A DNA stretch of 58,859 bases, the filler included, from Circinaria calcarea (lineage: Eukaryota), in the NCBI GenBank assembly GCA_051942165.1. It is 5 parts of 5 records of this genome, joined end to end, with 100 filler letters (N's around TTAATTAATTAA, not from the genome) between each part and the next. Parts side by side here need not be neighbours in the genome. Positions count along the whole stretch, not along the records: positions 1 to 11,706 come from JAVECS010000657.1; positions 11,807 to 23,502 come from JAVECS010000658.1; 3 more parts are not named here. One strand, 5' to 3'. Under the pieces are notes generated by a model. The model ran no database searches. It saw only the letters and a list, made by a program, of their open reading frames with translations, and was not told the DNA's origin. The first letter of the stretch is position 1. Each line of letters begins with the position of its first letter. Made by a program: the position numbers and the translations under genes. Positions 1 to 16,418 of the stretch are shown piece by piece.

Positions 1-2
1 AA

Positions 3-675
3 ATGAAACTCCTAACCATCAACTTCCTGACCTGCGCCTCCAAAGCTTGCAAGAGCTCGCCCTTGTCCTACCCGCTGCACTTCCGGGACGCCGAACTCGA
101 AGAGGTGGAAATGGAATACAATCCCCGCTTTCTCTGGAATATCCTGCCGAGGATCGAGTGGGAGGCGTTGAGGGTCAGTGCGGGTGAGGTAGGTGCTGTT
201 TCCATTTGTGGAGGGAGGGGGAAGTTTGGATGTCGGAGAGATGGGCGAGGGGACGAGGAAAAGGCAGAGTGGAAGAAGGGGAGGTTGGATTTTAAAGGAA
301 GAGCGAGGAGCTGATTTGGGGGTGGCGGATGTCTAGTTAGGATTCACAACTCTCCCAGCTACGAAGCCGGAACCTCGCACGTCCGCATCCACATCCACAT
401 CTCCATCCACGGAATCCAGCATCCAGCACATCGCTCCCCCGACTGACACGAACACGATGGTCGACATGGATACGGCTGACCCTCCCACCGACCCCAACCT
501 CGAGCAAGGGAAGCAAGAAGAGGAAGAAAAAGACGAGTCCACGCTACGGGACCTCCACAAGCTGCTGCTGGAAACGCAGGTCGTGGAGGGGAAGCTGGTG
601 TGTGGGAATTGTGGGCACGAGTACAGGATCAAGGAGGGGATTGCGAATTTCTTGCTGCCGAATCATTTGGTTTAG
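3..675 (+). CDS. TRM112: Trm112 methyltransferase activator subunit (2 exons: 3-188, 337-675)
   Basis: N-term MKLLTINFLTCASKAC and C-term EGKLVCGNCGHEYRIKEGIANFLLP (Zn-binding Cys); GTAGGT..CTGAT..CTAG intron 189-336 joins both parts in frame. Confidence 0.93.
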
Positions 676-1272
676 GGGTTCTTCTGGAGGATTGGGGGAA
701 AAGACGAGGAGGGGGGTGGCTTCGAGACTACCCGAGGGTGGAATACTGAGTTGATGGATATGGAGTGACCATCGAAAATAGCACATGCAGTGAGCTTAGG
801 AAGACAGTGTCAAAGTAAGTAGGCCATGAGAGAAATACGAAGAACGGACAGTTACTGATCTACTTCAAGCATCTTAGCCTGCCTCTGATACGAAAAAAGG
901 TGAAAAGGGGCACCGGGAGGACAGACTCCAAATACCCGAGATGTCAGTTCAACATGATAATGTAAAGTGCCTTTGATTTTCAATACACTGCGCTGTGATT
1001 GCCATTTTCGGCTTGCTTCCCAGATCAGAGCCCGCTGGCGCTTTGATGCTTCGACCATTTACATAAATACAACGTGTGCAGATACTCCATCAATGCCAAG
1101 CCCGTGAAGATTTATCCTTCAAATCATGGACCATGAGAGTATCTGGTGGGTTGAAATGATGGATTTCCGCCCAAAAGTAATGCAATGACACCTTTCGTAA
1201 TGCAGTGCAATTCCCTCCCACATGTAGGGATGGCGTCAACGCGAGTACAAATATCCGTGGCGAGAGAGGTCC

Positions 1273-4200
1273 CTAGTTGAGGAAGCCTTTACAGCCAGTA
1301 GAACCACAGAGACAAGGTATCCGGTCGTCACTATCCCACTCACGTTCGAACTTGTAGTCGTAGGTGAGCTCCTCGTCTGCAAACAACCAGTCAGTTTTAT
1401 CCCCAAAAAAAGCCCCAACATAAAACTTACTTTGCCCAATGTCCCGAAGGGCATAGATGACGATCCGCTTGCTACCTTCCACCTTGATGATTTTAGCCGT
1501 GCAATTCGGGGTACAGCTATGGTTAATGAAACGCGCAATTCCTCCCCTTTTAGTCGCGTCGATGACCGTGTTCTCATCAATCCTAAACAGATAACTGCTG
1601 CCAATCCCACTTTTGAGATATTGCTTTTCTCGCATATCTGCAACTTGCTGCCGCACTTTCTCACCGACGTACTCGATGATCATGTCGTTTGCAGCGATGT
1701 TCTCCATGGCGTACAAGCCCCAGTTGTGGATTGCAGAGCGAGCAAACTTGACAGGTTTCTTTCGTTTCTTGAGCTGATTGAAGCGGAGCGTATCACCGTC
1801 CCCGTTGGAAGTAGCTAGAACTTGCTTCTGAGCTGCCATGTCGGCGACGAGACGACGATTGTTGACACGGTTTGATCGAGACGCAGATTTAGCCGTGCTC
1901 GTCGCTGCGGCAAGCTTTGCAGCCTCAGCAGCGGCCACGCTAGGGTCTTCTTTTGCTTTTGCTTCCCGCTCCTCTCTTGCCTTCTGGACCTTGATACGAT
2001 GTGGTAGGTATTTGGACTTTTCGGACTCCAGGATCTTCTTTGTCCCTTCGGTACGAGCACAGCCCGATGGGTTAGGCACGTAGTAGCCATCAATCTTGGT
2101 TTCTGCATGCACGACGCCTCTTTCCCCATTGCGGTTGAGTGCCTTTATTTCCTTCTGTTTCCAGGCCCATATAGAAACATTGCCCAGACGCGCCGAAGGC
2201 CGGTCCTCAAGAACCTTTCGTAGAAAACGCAAATCTTCGTCGTCCTTCAGAATGTGCTGCCACCCATCCAGATCAAGGACAACATCTGGATCGTCATCCA
2301 CAGTACGTCTTGGCTCGTCTGTTGAGACGCCCCATTCAATCTCTGCCCTGGTCATCTCTAATGTCTCTCTTTCCTCAATTTTCTGATCCGGTTGCACGAC
2401 TTCTATCAAGGGTGCGTTCGCAATCAGGTCCTCGAACTGGGCTTTTGCTTGTAGTTTCTTGAGGGCTTCTCGCTCCTCAAAAACCTGCTTCTTGGTCTTC
2501 TTCTTTGCCCTCGGCTTTTTCGGTGGTACTCGGAGTAGGTCAGACTGAGTCTCTGGCGTTTCGCTAGAAAGTTTGTGAACGCTATCAAATCCGCCGTCTT
2601 CGCCAAGTAGCTTCATTTCGGTAACCGGATCATCTACGGTTGGAATTATTGACGGTACAAAAATCTCCTCGTCGTCCATGCCGATACCGAAAAGCTCATC
2701 ATCTTCCTTTTGCTTCTTTCTTGCGGCAAGCTCCTTCATAAGGCGCTTTCTCTTCCTCGAAGCAACTGGAAGATTATCAATGACACCTTCCAAGGCATCG
2801 AGCATGTGCTCTTCGGATGTATCTGGAGCTAATGTCTCTGTTGTCACAAGCATGGTTTCCTCCAAGTCTTCATCATCACTGACGCCTCCCCAAGATGGGC
2901 CTTTTGAATGACGGCTGTACTTATTCCGAGCGCCAACGTTACTCTCATCATCCGAGACCGCTGAATCGACACTCATTCGACTTAGTGGTCGACTTTCTTG
3001 CTCCTCGGTATCTCTTGTGAACGTGGTCCGCCTTTCGTCCTCGGACTCCTCTTCTTCATCCTGGAACTGTTGCAATCGGTAATGGAGCGGTCTGACATCA
3101 ATTTTCTTCGGAGCACGTTGTTTACGACGTTCATCCGTGAAGCCAACATTCTCCCTTTTCATACCCACACCCTTTCGTATCCTAGGGAGGGCCGTCACAT
3201 TCAAGGTCGAATTTCCGAGGGGCCGTCGGCCATCAACAAATACATCAACTCGTGAGTCGGGTGTTCCGTTCGTCGGTGTGTCGTATGCTTTTTCGATGTA
3301 AATACCAGGTCGTCGATCGTCATGCGGCGCGTTGATATTGAGTCGCCGACGCTTTTCGATGTGACGATCGGGGTCCAAATACTCATATAGAGATGGTGCC
3401 GCAATCCTAGATTTTACATCTTCGAGCAACTTATCCCGTACCTCCGCTCTGAGGACTTCTAGCACTCCGCGAACAGGATCCATGTCTCTTGCCCTCTGCT
3501 TCTTTTCCTCGTCCAAATCCAATTCCTCCTCTCTTTGCAGCCTCTCCAATTCAGCTTTTTTACTTTTCTCGGCTAGAACCCGTTCTGGACTAGGACTCCT
3601 CTCATACTTTGGGTTTCCATATTGTTGGCATTCCATGTTCATCATGTACGTAAACAACGGCTTCAAATGACACTCTTTGAAGCATCTGACCGCTTCTTCT
3701 TCACCACTTCTGGAATCATCAAAGACAATGTAATAGCCTGTCTTGTCGCTGCGTACTTCTTTCCAATCAAACGCCTTTAGTCTTTTCTTCAGGTGGGGAA
3801 TTGTAGTATTGAGTACAGGGACGTAACAATGGGCAATGAAGATGTATGGGTCTCGCTTAATCTGTTCCAAGACTGGCTTTTCCTCGATCAGTGTTTGTGG
3901 AGCAGGTCTTGGGAGTACTCGTGGCCCTTCTGGTGGTGGAGGTGGCGGAGGACCTAGGGGTCTTGTAGATGATTTTCCAGAAGGTCCCTTGGGCGCCGTT
4001 GGAGGGGGCCCGGAGTTGTCAACAACTTCCAATTTCTTTTCCTCCTTCTCCACCTTCTCCACTGGTCTATACTTCGGCCGTTGCTTTTCCAGAGCTCTTG
4101 AGATGAACCGGCGCCAAACAGACCCATCACGATCTAGGTCAGCTAGCACAGTACGAAGGCCTACGCGATGTTGGCCTGTCTTGCACTCGAGATGCGCACG

Positions 4201-5343
4201 TCTAGCTGCATTCACAGCAGAGACTGGAGGGCCACCACGGACGGATTTGGAGTCTCTATATCGTATTAAGCAAACACCAAGGAAACTACCGTTGGTCGGA
4301 TCAGTCTTGTTGCTGATCTCTGCAATTTCCCCAAAACTTGAGAAAAGATGGTGGATTTGATTCACTGGGACAAGCGGGTCAAATCCTGTGATGACTACCC
4401 GCGTCGGTGGTCCTGGTCCAACCGATGTCTCAACATCATAAGCATATGGCTTGATCGAGTACGGAGCAGTTCTCAGGCGGTGCTTTTGCTTATTTGCCGC
4501 GCCTCGAGTATAATTCGCAATTCGCAGCCGGGGATCTTCTGGTGGGGCATCATCGTCCTGCAAAAAAACGTAGTAAGCTTCAACGTTTACCAAGCAGAAT
4601 TGGGTTTCTACAGCAGGACAAATGGAGGTTCGTCGTAGCCATACCTCTTCGCCAAAAGTCTTGTACTGAACCTTACGAACTTTCTTTTCTTTCGAAGTCA
4701 ACTTCTTGTCAAGTTCTGGGTCATAGACAACCTTGACACCTTTCACCTCACCTCTTCCAGGGCGCGCTTGTGTGGTACCAGGTCCAGGCGAGCTGATGGG
4801 TGTCAGTGCTTCCGGAGTTGGCGCCACATGGTGTGAATCCGGAGTCCTGGAAGAATTGCTTACGTCCATACCTACGCAATGATCCAGTTTGTCTTGGGGC
4901 GGACTCTTATGCATACCAGGAGGGGAAGAATCCGTGTTTGTTATGGGAGTCAGGGTGGCTGTATGATACGCTCCTCCATGATGCGTAACGCTAAGGTTGC
5001 GGTGATGGGTGCTAAAGACGGAGGATGCGGTGCTGCTCGAACTTGCGGAGCCAACTCCATTAAGTAGATCTCCCTGCGCATAATCCCCTTCATCTTGGAC
5101 TATGGGAACTTGCTCGGCCATTGTCTCGTCATCGTCCGTCTCATTGATGAGAGACTTCTTGTCAGGATCTCCATCCTTCGCAGCAACCTCGGCAGCCTCT
5201 AAGACTGGAGGAGTGGGGGCGGCTTGGGTGACGGGAGAAGTCTCCTGCCTCCTTCGATGTTGCGCCGCTCTGGAACGTTTTTGCTGGAGGACCGAAGGGG
5301 CAGTAGGGAAGAAATCCGCAAACCCCTTGGAAGCGCGCGACAT
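1273..5343 (-). CDS. SET1: Histone H3K4 methyltransferase Set1 (COMPASS); two short in-frame introns near 4560-4640 and 1378-1430
   Basis: RRM region, N-SET (GCARTEG), SET domain ([34 protein letters not shown]), post-[19 protein letters not shown] at 5343 (the ORF track starts at an upstream TTG). Confidence 0.97.
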   Translation of the reverse strand: MSRASKGFADFFPTAPSVLQQKRSRAAQHRRRQETSPVTQAAPTPPVLEAAEVAAKDGDPDKKSLINETDDDETMAEQVPIVQDEGDYAQGDLLNGVGSASSSSTASSVFSTHHRNLSVTHHGGAYHTATLTPITNTDSSPPGMHKSPPQDKLDHCVGMDVSNSSRTPDSHHVAPTPEALTPISSPGPGTTQARPGRGEVKGVKVVYDPELDKKLTSKEKKVRKVQYKTFGEEVWLRRTSICPAVETQFCLVNVEAYYVFLQDDDAPPEDPRLRIANYTRGAANKQKHRLRTAPYSIKPYAYDVETSVGPGPPTRVVITGFDPLVPVNQIHHLFSSFGEIAEISNKTDPTNGSFLGVCLIRYRDSKSVRGGPPVSAVNAARRAHLECKTGQHRVGLRTVLADLDRDGSVWRRFISRALEKQRPKYRPVEKVEKEEKKLEVVDNSGPPPTAPKGPSGKSSTRPLGPPPPPPPEGPRVLPRPAPQTLIEEKPVLEQIKRDPYIFIAHCYVPVLNTTIPHLKKRLKAFDWKEVRSDKTGYYIVFDDSRSGEEEAVRCFKECHLKPLFTYMMNMECQQYGNPKYERSPSPERVLAEKSKKAELERLQREEELDLDEEKKQRARDMDPVRGVLEVLRAEVRDKLLEDVKSRIAAPSLYEYLDPDRHIEKRRRLNINAPHDDRRPGIYIEKAYDTPTNGTPDSRVDVFVDGRRPLGNSTLNVTALPRIRKGVGMKRENVGFTDERRKQRAPKKIDVRPLHYRLQQFQDEEEESEDERRTTFTRDTEEQESRPLSRMSVDSAVSDDESNVGARNKYSRHSKGPSWGGVSDDEDLEETMLVTTETLAPDTSEEHMLDALEGVIDNLPVASRKRKRLMKELAARKKQKEDDELFGIGMDDEEIFVPSIIPTVDDPVTEMKLLGEDGGFDSVHKLSSETPETQSDLLRVPPKKPRAKKKTKKQVFEEREALKKLQAKAQFEDLIANAPLIEVVQPDQKIEERETLEMTRAEIEWGVSTDEPRRTVDDDPDVVLDLDGWQHILKDDEDLRFLRKVLEDRPSARLGNVSIWAWKQKEIKALNRNGERGVVHAETKIDGYYVPNPSGCARTEGTKKILESEKSKYLPHRIKVQKAREEREAKAKEDPSVAAAEAAKLAAATSTAKSASRSNRVNNRRLVADMAAQKQVLATSNGDGDTLRFNQLKKRKKPVKFARSAIHNWGLYAMENIAANDMIIEYVGEKVRQQVADMREKQYLKSGIGSSYLFRIDENTVIDATKRGGIARFINHSCTPNCTAKIIKVEGSKRIVIYALRDIGQSKFYVGAFFGDKTDWLFADEELTYDYKFEREWDSDDRIPCLCGSTGCKGFLN

Positions 5344-6281
5344 GCTCAAGAAAGCCTACTACTTGAAGCGATCACGACGAACCATCTCGTCACCCAGCCA
5401 TCATACCAGTATCAAAATACCACCAGGTGTGTTTCCCATATATCGGAAGGCGGCGCTTCTATGACTGTAATCAACTCGGTGGCTTTAAGTGAACGCGGTC
5501 CGGGGAGGGGCTGGACGCGAGGAGTGCACGATCGTAAAGGGGTGGGGGGAGGGGGGTGTATTGAAGGACGACAGATAAGAAGAGGCAAAAACCAGAGCTC
5601 GTATGGAAAACCTCGATGTGTCAATTTGGATGCTTTCGAACAACAGAACTTCTCCCGGTGAGGTAAGGTCCAAGTGCATTCCTGGAGGCCGGTTTAGCGC
5701 GGTTTTGGCGAATTTCACGGTCTGAGTCTCTGCGATTTCATTATGGTCATGATCATCCGTTCCAGTTGAAGCACACGACCTTATCGAAGAACAAATAAGA
5801 TTTAATTCAAACACACTACAAGATTACTGCTATTGATACGGTCTACGAAACGCAAATGATGGAAAACTCTACAAAAATCTATGACGGTTGGAAGTAACAA
5901 GTTTCTGCCTGAAAAGCCGCTCCATCCTACCGTCCCTCGCCCTCAGAATCGCTCAACCTCATCCATCGCAGGTGGAAGGGTTGCTAAGGTCTGATGCATA
6001 CAACTGATGGTTCATTGTAACTCTCAGCTCGTTGCCCCTAAAAGAGCCTTAAATCAACATTCGGCCTACTTTCCTTGACTGAGAAACAAGAATTGACCAA
6101 CCACAAATGCATCTGGTTGGGAATTTCAGAAGTGGAGAAAGATACATGCGACAATAATGAACGGACCGGATATTGAGCTTCTCTACCAAGCTATCGGTGA
6201 TAAGCGGATGGAACAGTCGAAAGATGACATGGGCAAAGGATTTGCACCCTTTGGACAGTAATTTTTGTGGTCTGTTTATAG

Positions 6282-7124
6282 CTACCTTGGTACTTCTTCA
6301 ACGACTTCCTCCGATGCTTTGGTATTGGATCTGGTATCGTCGTTTTGGCTATCTGGGAACTCCAAAGGCTCCGCATAAGCCATGCCTTTCTGACTCTTGC
6401 CCATCCCTCCCCCTCTTTCCTCCGTTGTCTTCCACTCCTGAAGGCTAGCTTCGTCGTCGTCGACGAAGTCGAAGACTCGATAGTCTGCATTGGCAAATCT
6501 AGTGTGGCTTACACCGACTCGAAGGAACCCCGAATGTGATACTACCACTACAACCTTCTCAGGTCTAGACTTTAGCCACCGCCGGCAGTCTATACCTCGT
6601 TGTGTTATAGCCGCAAGAGAGTAAGCCCACCGTCCCGACTTTGCTGGATATTCCGGGAAGACACTATCAAAATTGAAGTCTGGAAAGTCGCTGGAGAAGA
6701 TATGTGCAGGAGTACCAGTATCACATGGCTTATCCGAATTCTCTATTGCCATTTAGAACGGATATGTCATTAGGCATGATGGGAATTAAATGTATCGTAA
6801 ATTCGTACCCTGCCATTCCCCCCGAAGTTGAACGGGGACTCCTCGAGATAACAACCACCCCAAAGCTGCCTGTGCCGTTTGTAATGTCCGCCTCATTGGG
6901 CTAATAACGATCAACTCTATTTCTTGCGCGATTTCCAGGTGATTCTGCAGGTGCTCCTGCAGCTCCTTGCACTGTTCGTAGCCAAACTGTGAAAGGGGTG
7001 GATCATGTAGTTCAGAATCTTGTAATTGAAATCAGCATCGAAACCCGACATAGGTTTAGGAGGACATATTATTAACATTGTGCAGTGCTTGAGCATGCCG
7101 TATGAGAATGACTGTGGGTGCCAT
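6282..7124 (-). CDS. Histidine phosphatase / phosphoglycerate mutase family protein (multi-exon)
   Basis: Start MAPTVILIRHAQALHN (RH motif), LHDPPLS, VVISRSPRST, ENSDKPCDTG, VVVVSHSGFLR, FANADYRVFDF. Confidence 0.85.
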
Positions 7125-7890
7125 TATTGGGCTTCTTTCAGCAGTGAAGTACGAGTACCAACAACGCCCGTGATTTGTATGTAGGACTTGCGCAGTAGTG
7201 GTGATGATGCCAGCTAACACGCCTTCTGCGCAATAACCACCCAGGTTGAGAGTACTGTATGAGGCTGTTGATGAATGCTTCTGTGGAAGGATCCCCGACG
7301 TCGCGATTTCCCCTACTTTGTACTGGTCCGGAGTAAGCTATCGTCATGCAGATCCATGGCCCGTGCAAGCCTCTAGCTCAGGAACGGATTTTACTAGTGT
7401 TGATCTATTTTTGACAGCTGGGAAACTTTATCGATTTGTCCGGTAAGGTAATACGAAAGTGTCAGCGTAAAAAGGGGCTTTCAGTCTCCAGTAGCAAAGT
7501 GAGCATGACAGCTGAGAGCTCAGAGGCTTGGCTGCGCCATACGGTATTTGGAATCCCCATCGAGGAGAGGAAGGGTTCAAGGACAAACAAGCAGGTGGCC
7601 TGATCGCCCTTACCCCTTGTCGCTTAAACAACCCCATTCTCTAGCTGCAAACAGCCCAGTAGCTCCTGGAATTTCACCCTCGACGGACATCTGTGAATAC
7701 TATAAACATCCCACTTCCACAACTTCCATACATCTACCTTTAACGAGCTTCTAATAAGTCCATCGTTCTTGTCAGATCAACGCATTCACATACTTCTACT
7801 CAAACAGTACCTTCTTGTCACTAAGCACAAACGTGTTCTACTCTCAGTTAAGCTTCTGTTAGGCTTCGTTGTAGCTAGATCCGAGCAACA

Positions 7891-10275
<2,385 letters not shown>

Positions 10276-11186
10276 AGATTGTACGATCAGATCGGGACAA
10301 GGGCCAAGGAAAAGTTGTAACCGATTATGGAGGCTCATGTCTGCATGACAAGATGGCATTGAAAGCGTTCACACTTATTTCTACCTGTATCATGGCCTTT
10401 ACGATGATGCCCTGTTGGACGTTGTGATAGCCACATATGGCCTATCCGTTTGATTATTCTTGTATGCTAGGACTCTTGAATGCAGCACATGGATGGAGTA
10501 ATAGCGTTATGATCTTGAAGACAGTTGACACAGCGAAGACCGTAGACTAAGTTCATGGATTAGCATAAGTTTCATCTCCCTTGGCGGATGTGCATTGAAA
10601 GGAATAAGGATACAGTTGGTGGCATTTACTCTGGCTGAAGTCCGGAAAGTACGATTCTGGTCGGTTTCCCAACCGGGAAAACACAGTCTGCTATAGAAGG
10701 GAGTGGCATGATTACCATCACCGCGAAGCCCTTGGTTGAGCTTTCGGTAGAATGATTGGTAATCTCTTTTCACCGAGCACGAAGGCAAAAGTGGCCGCTC
10801 AGCTTTGAACCTTATCTTGGGATACTGGAGGCCAAAGTTCGGAGTTGGATACCTGAGTAACAGCTATAAATACGCCTAACCAACAAGTATCTGCAAGCTG
10901 ATAGGAATGATTGGGGGAGTGGGAGTGGCGATCACGGCAGTGCATGGTTACCTCTGAAATTGCGGCTTTGCGCGTACCAGTAGCGATCCACCAATTCAGC
11001 CTCATCCTGCAAGCCTCATGGAGGGTCCAATTCTACTTTTGTGCCTCGATCCTTCACGATGGGGCCTCAGACTCCTGAGCATTACTACTCCTAAGATGCT
11101 CAGCCACTTGTTATGAGGCCCAACAACGTGGGAGACTTCCCACGAGGTTTCCCTTCTCTCCATCCATCATCCAGATCGATTGAATC

Positions 11187-11706
11187 ATGTCATTCCTCTC
11201 CATCGGCTTTGTCCTCATTTTCACCAATCTGATTATTGCGCAGAACGACGGTGTGTTCTACAATCCTCCTTCCCCCGGTCCTGTTGGAGATTTCTCAAGG
11301 AACCCGATTTATGTGATTGGGGACACCGTGCAGATTCGGTGGACCGTCTCATGGACTAACATATCGTTGGTACTATGGCAAAATAACAATGACGACTTCG
11401 AATATCTTCTTCGTGGGTCATAGCTAACTCCCTTACATTTGGTTAGCATTAACGATTGTATGCAGCTGCTGTCTCGAACCCAAATAATTATAATTGGATT
11501 GTCCGCCCCAACAAGAACATATCTCTTGAAAACGTCTTCTTCCTTTCAGTCTTCAAGCCTGGAACTAATGATCAATTCGGATGCCATTACTTCAACCTTA
11601 CCGAGTCCTCCGTTACTACCTCCACCACCTCCACTTCTACTTTATCCACTTCGTCTACAAGTGTTACATCCCAGACCACCACTACCTCTGTGTCGGCCTT
11701 TACCAC
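11187..11706 (+). CDS. Secreted/cell-surface Ser/Thr-rich protein, truncated by contig end (intron ~11413-11465)
   Basis: Signal peptide MSFLSIGFVLIFTNLIIAQ, beta-rich extracellular domain (NPIYVIGDTVQIRW...CHYFNLT), then S/T-rich stalk running into the gap. Confidence 0.7.
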
Positions 11707-11806
11707 NNNNNNNNNNNNNNNNNNNNNNNNNNNNNNNNNNNNNNNNNNNNTTAATTAATTAANNNNNNNNNNNNNNNNNNNNNNNNNNNNNNNNNNNNNN
11801 NNNNNN
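11707..11806. other. Artificial contig linker N44-TTAATTAATTAA-N44
   Basis: 100-bp spacer with six-frame-stop palindrome; genes on both sides are truncated. Confidence 0.98.
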
Positions 11807-13616
11807 CATCCACCCGGTGGCGACCGTGGTCACGCGACGGATGCCCTTCGCCGATATGACCCAGCGGGCCGTCAGGGATCTTGAAGTCGGCGAGCCAGAG
11901 CACACGCGCCACCGTGAGCATCATCTCCACGTATGCCAAATTCATCGCAACGCAGCTGCGCGGGCCGGTTGAGAACGGATTAAAGGCTGCTTTGGCGTGT
12001 TCGAGCATCTCCGCAGGACTGTCTTTATCTTTCAACCAGCGCTCCGGGCGATACTTGAATGGCTCAGGGAAATAAATAGGGTTATGATGAATCGCGTATG
12101 TTCCGACTGCACAACTGAGACCCTCCGGGAGGTATGTGCCGCAGATAGAGGCGCCTCCCAATCCGACCTCTCGATACAATGGGGCAGATACGGGTGGGCT
12201 CATTCTCAGGGCCTCATCGAGGCAGGCGCGTAGATATTGGCACGAAGTCAATGCTGATCCGGTACGTATCTCCTCCTCTGACGAGAAGGCAGAACGGACC
12301 TCAGCGGTCGCCTTAGCATATGTATCCGGATTTCGAGAGAGATAGAAGAAAGTACTCGAGATCGCCACGGAAGTAGTGTCACCCCCTGCTGTGATAAGTG
12401 TATATGCTTCTGCCAAGATCTCATTAACGCCAAGCTGCTGATCTGTCTCTGGATCGATAGCAGAAATGATGAAAGACATCATATCATTCCGAAGACCTCG
12501 GTTTCTCTCGGTTTCTATACGATCCATGGCCCATTTCCCGCCTACCGCAATCCAGTCGGCTCTCAATTTGCTTGTGTCCGGGAGCAACCAGGTACCCAGA
12601 TCTAACCACTGACCACTTGGTCCTTTGCGGAAAGCGGCAGGAAACTGAAAGGAAATGGCCATACGACGTCCCGCTCCCATTAAAGCCTTGCTTATAAAAC
12701 GCATGTCTTGCTTTTGGAGCATTTGGAATGATTGGCCAAATGTGAGGTCGGACGCAATGTCCAGTGTCATAAATTGAGCTGCTCTATATTAGTGTTTGAA
12801 AGAAAAACTCTTTGATCTCGAAGACGCATACTCCATACAGACAAATCCTTCGGTTCCGTCCATACAGCGGATTCAGCTTTTATCGGTTCAAGGAACGTCG
12901 ACTCAGAATCTTCAGCAGGTTCGAGCAGTCGAGAAACAAAACGTTGGACATGCTCTATGATATGTGGTTCGGAACCTCTTAAAGCCGGATCTGAAAACCC
13001 CTGGCTAACCATCCTTCGTTTCCGACGGTGAACCACTTTGTCGGAGGCATTGAATATACTATGCACGGGGCTGGATCGCATGACCTCGTATGCGGTCCCT
13101 TTGAAAAGGTTACTGTTGTGGCCGTATATGTCTGTAATGTTGAGGTGGTCAGTAGACGTGGTGTCCGTAAGTTGTGCGTGTTAGCTTGCCTTTCAGAGCG
13201 TCGGTCCGGTTGATTAGCAGTCGATTCGGACCATAGCGTACGAAATTGCCTCGTAGCAGTCAGGTATCAAGATGATCATCGTATAGAATGATAAGTGCAT
13301 ACCGTACTTCTCATGACATCTCCATATGTTGATATGAGTATCTCGCTTGTAGGCATGGTACCCAGCGTAAGCATCAGTAAGCTTTGCCCAGAACGGTCCA
13401 GGATATTTGGCAAGAGGACGCCAGGTCAGCTGGTAGATGCAGAAGACGAATAGCTAAACACCGTCAGCGTTTGGGAAGCTGTACAATGGAGTCTCGTTGA
13501 CCAACGTATAATACTCCAAGTGCAGGTACTATAAGGACAACCCTTATAAGTGTACTCGAATCTACCCCGACTGACCGCAGTCCCAAGAGCAAGCGGTCAA
13601 ACAAGCTGACTGACAT
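11807..13616 (-). CDS. Cytochrome P450 monooxygenase (multi-exon; extreme C-term lost at contig edge)
   Basis: N-term TM, YPGPFWAKL, VRYGPNRLL, I-helix AGGDTT, EALR (ExxR), PERW, heme motif FSTGPRSCVA. Confidence 0.95.
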
Positions 13617-14297
13617 AATGCCAGTACAGATGTTTTCCAGAAGCTCTTTGGTATAGTACTAATGTAGTCGGAGACTACAAATAGACTTTAGAGCTCTCTT
13701 TGCTGACGGAGAAGGTATAGTAAGGGTACACTAAGAGAGGACATGGATGGAAAGATGATTTGAGGCACCGTCCCTGATAGACTTATTCAGCGGCTAGGGA
13801 CAATGGCTGCCAGATGTAGATTATGAGGGATCTCAAAGACTAAATACTAATGCTAGAGAGATTATTACCTCGGTCAAATAATGGTCTTACGAATACGAGG
13901 GTGAATAAGCCAACAGTCTTATTAGTTCCATCGACTGATTATCTCTCGTGTCCCTCATAAGCCACTGTGCCTGATTGGTTCTTTGGACACCTGGCCGGTT
14001 GCGAAGTACACAAGATATTCCAATCAACGTCTCTGCTCGCGCCTTGCACCCACAGATCTGGAGATGATCGGGGCTCAATAAAGAAGGAGGCACCCCTTGA
14101 ATATGGTCAATCGAGCTCGGCAATAGTTCGGCCCGACTCGCAACGCTAGGATCTAGCAGCAGTCGCGGTATTTAGCAAATTAATATTGTTTAGTGCCTTG
14201 GACGAAGCTACAAAGTAGGCGTAGACATTCTAGAACGGCCGGTCAAGAGATACCTTTAAACTGGTAATATCTCTCAGATCAGAGTATTATCCTCGCC

Positions 14298-16079
14298 ATG
14301 TCGCTTTCAATACCAGGTGCGCCTAATAGCGGACTTTTCAAGCAAGGGTATCAGAAGTAAGGTTGTCTCTGAGGCCAGCCAATATGTCAGGATCTAATTG
14401 TATATAGTTACGAGTCTGAAGACGGTGCCGTGATCCGGAATATAGAAGCATGTCGTGCAATAGCGCAGACTGTCCAAACCTCCCTTGGCCCCTACGGTCG
14501 AAACAAAATTGTCATAAACCACCTACAGAAAATGATCCTGACCTCGGACGCTGCAACTATCCTACATGAGCTCGATGTGGTGCATCCGGCAGCAAAACTG
14601 ATAGTCATGGCGAGTCAGCAGCAAGAGGCCGAGATGGGGGATGCTACCAACATGGTCATTGTCCTGGCTGGTGAGATGTTGAAGAAAGCAGAGGAACTCT
14701 TGAGGATGGGGTTGAAGGCCAGTGACATTGTACAAGGATATGAGAGGGCGCAGAGGGAAGCTCTTAAGTGCCTGGACCGTATGTTTCCCAAGAGTAGGGT
14801 ACAGGAGCTACATGACTGCGGAGACTAATAGCGGGTAGAGCTTGTCGTGGACCAGGTCAAAGACATCCGGTCCCAAGAAGAGCTTAGCAAAGCTATAAGA
14901 ACGGTAGTAGCCTCGAAGCAGAGTGGTAGCGAGGACTTTCTTGCAGACATGGTTGCCGAGGCTGTACTGGCTGTTTTACCCAAAAATCCAGTCAATTTCA
15001 ATGTGGATAATATACGGGTGGTGAAGATCATGGGTGGCAGCTTAGAGCAGAGCAAGGTGGTAAAAGGTATGGTCTTTGGGCGAGAACCAGATGGGTCAGT
15101 AAAGAAGGCAAAGAAGGCCAAGGTTGGAGTCTTCTCCTGCCCAATCGACATAAGCCAAACCGAGACCAAAGGAACCGTACTTTTGCACAACGCAAAGGAA
15201 ATGCTCGATTTTACAAAAGGGGAGGAGAATCAACTAGAGACGATCGTGAAGGAGCTGTATGATTCGGGGCTACGTGTTGCTGTGGCAGGTTCAACAGTAG
15301 GGGAGTTGGCTCTTCACTACCTAAACCGGTTCGGGATTCTCGTTATTAAGATCCTCTCTAAGTTCGAATTGCGCCGTCTCTGCAGGGTTGTTGGCGCGAC
15401 ACCTCTAGCACGGCTGGGTGCTCCTATGCCAGATGAGATGGGTAATGTAGATATCGTGGAAACGCTAGAGATCGGGGGTGATCGAGTTACCGTGTTTCGG
15501 CAAGAGAACGACGCGACGAGGACAGCGACCCTGGTTATTCGAGGTGCCACACAGAACCACCTTGACGACATCGAGAGAGCCGTGGACGATGGAGTCAACG
15601 TTGTCAAAGCCATCACGAGAGATGCGAAGCTTGTACCGGGCGCCGGAGCCACGGAGATGCAACTAGTCGAACGTATCACAGCCTTTGGTGAGAAGACACC
15701 TGGTTTGCCTCAGTATGCCATTAAGAAATACGCCGAAGCCTTTGAGGTCATTCCTCGGACCTTGGCGGAATCGGCAGGACTAGACGCCACCGAGGTTCTC
15801 GCAACCTTGTACACGGCACATCACAAGGCGGCAACCTCAAGAAGCAGTGATGAGCATGAATGGACGCTAGGGGTGGATATTGAGAACGAGGACGGTACGG
15901 GTACGTTGGACGCCGAGGACGAGGGAATCCTCGACCTCTTGATCAGCAAGCAGTGGGCTATCCGGCTGGCTACCGAGGCCGCGAGGACGGTCTTGAGCGT
16001 GGATCAGATCATCGTCGCCAGGCAGGCCGGTGGACCGAAGCCTCCGGCTCAGGGGAACCCGAATTGGGATGAGGACTGA
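14298..16079 (+). CDS. CCT8: T-complex protein 1 subunit theta (chaperonin CCT); introns ~14357-14407 and ~14779-14839
   Basis: MSLSIPGAPNSGLFKQGY start; TSLGPYGRNKIVINHL, MGDATN, KILSKFELRRLCR, PGAGATE, C-term GGPKPP..NWDED. Confidence 0.97.
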
Positions 16080-16418
16080 TTTAATTCATGCCTCCTGTGT
16101 ATTTAAGCGAAAGATATCCACCGAAAAGGAATATTAAAGCATTGATTGGCGTTGATGTGGAAACTGTGATTGTATACGCTGTTGGTGGCTCGTCCAGTGA
16201 TATCACAAGGGACATTGAGATTGTACCTTCGCAATCAGTTTGTAAGACCTCGTCAAGAGTTTTCTGGACTATCCTATCTGCAAACTACAACCTAAGGAGG
16301 CATACTCCCCACGTACATGAACCCATCCATTCCTAATCCACAATTTGGATCCCAGGTCCCTGCCCATACCATAAGCACCGAGTAAAAATTCCCCGCACGC
16401 GCCGTGGCTGTCGTGAGC

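Noticed and set aside
360..540. Long Ser/Thr/acidic insertion in Trm112
   Set aside because: Low-complexity variable loop at a position where this family tolerates insertions; no further structure seen
1378..4645. Odd insertions in the Set1 ORF translation (also in Sfp1 and the gelsolin protein)
   Set aside because: They are stop-free 3n introns with canonical GT..CTRAC..AG signals read through by the ORF finder
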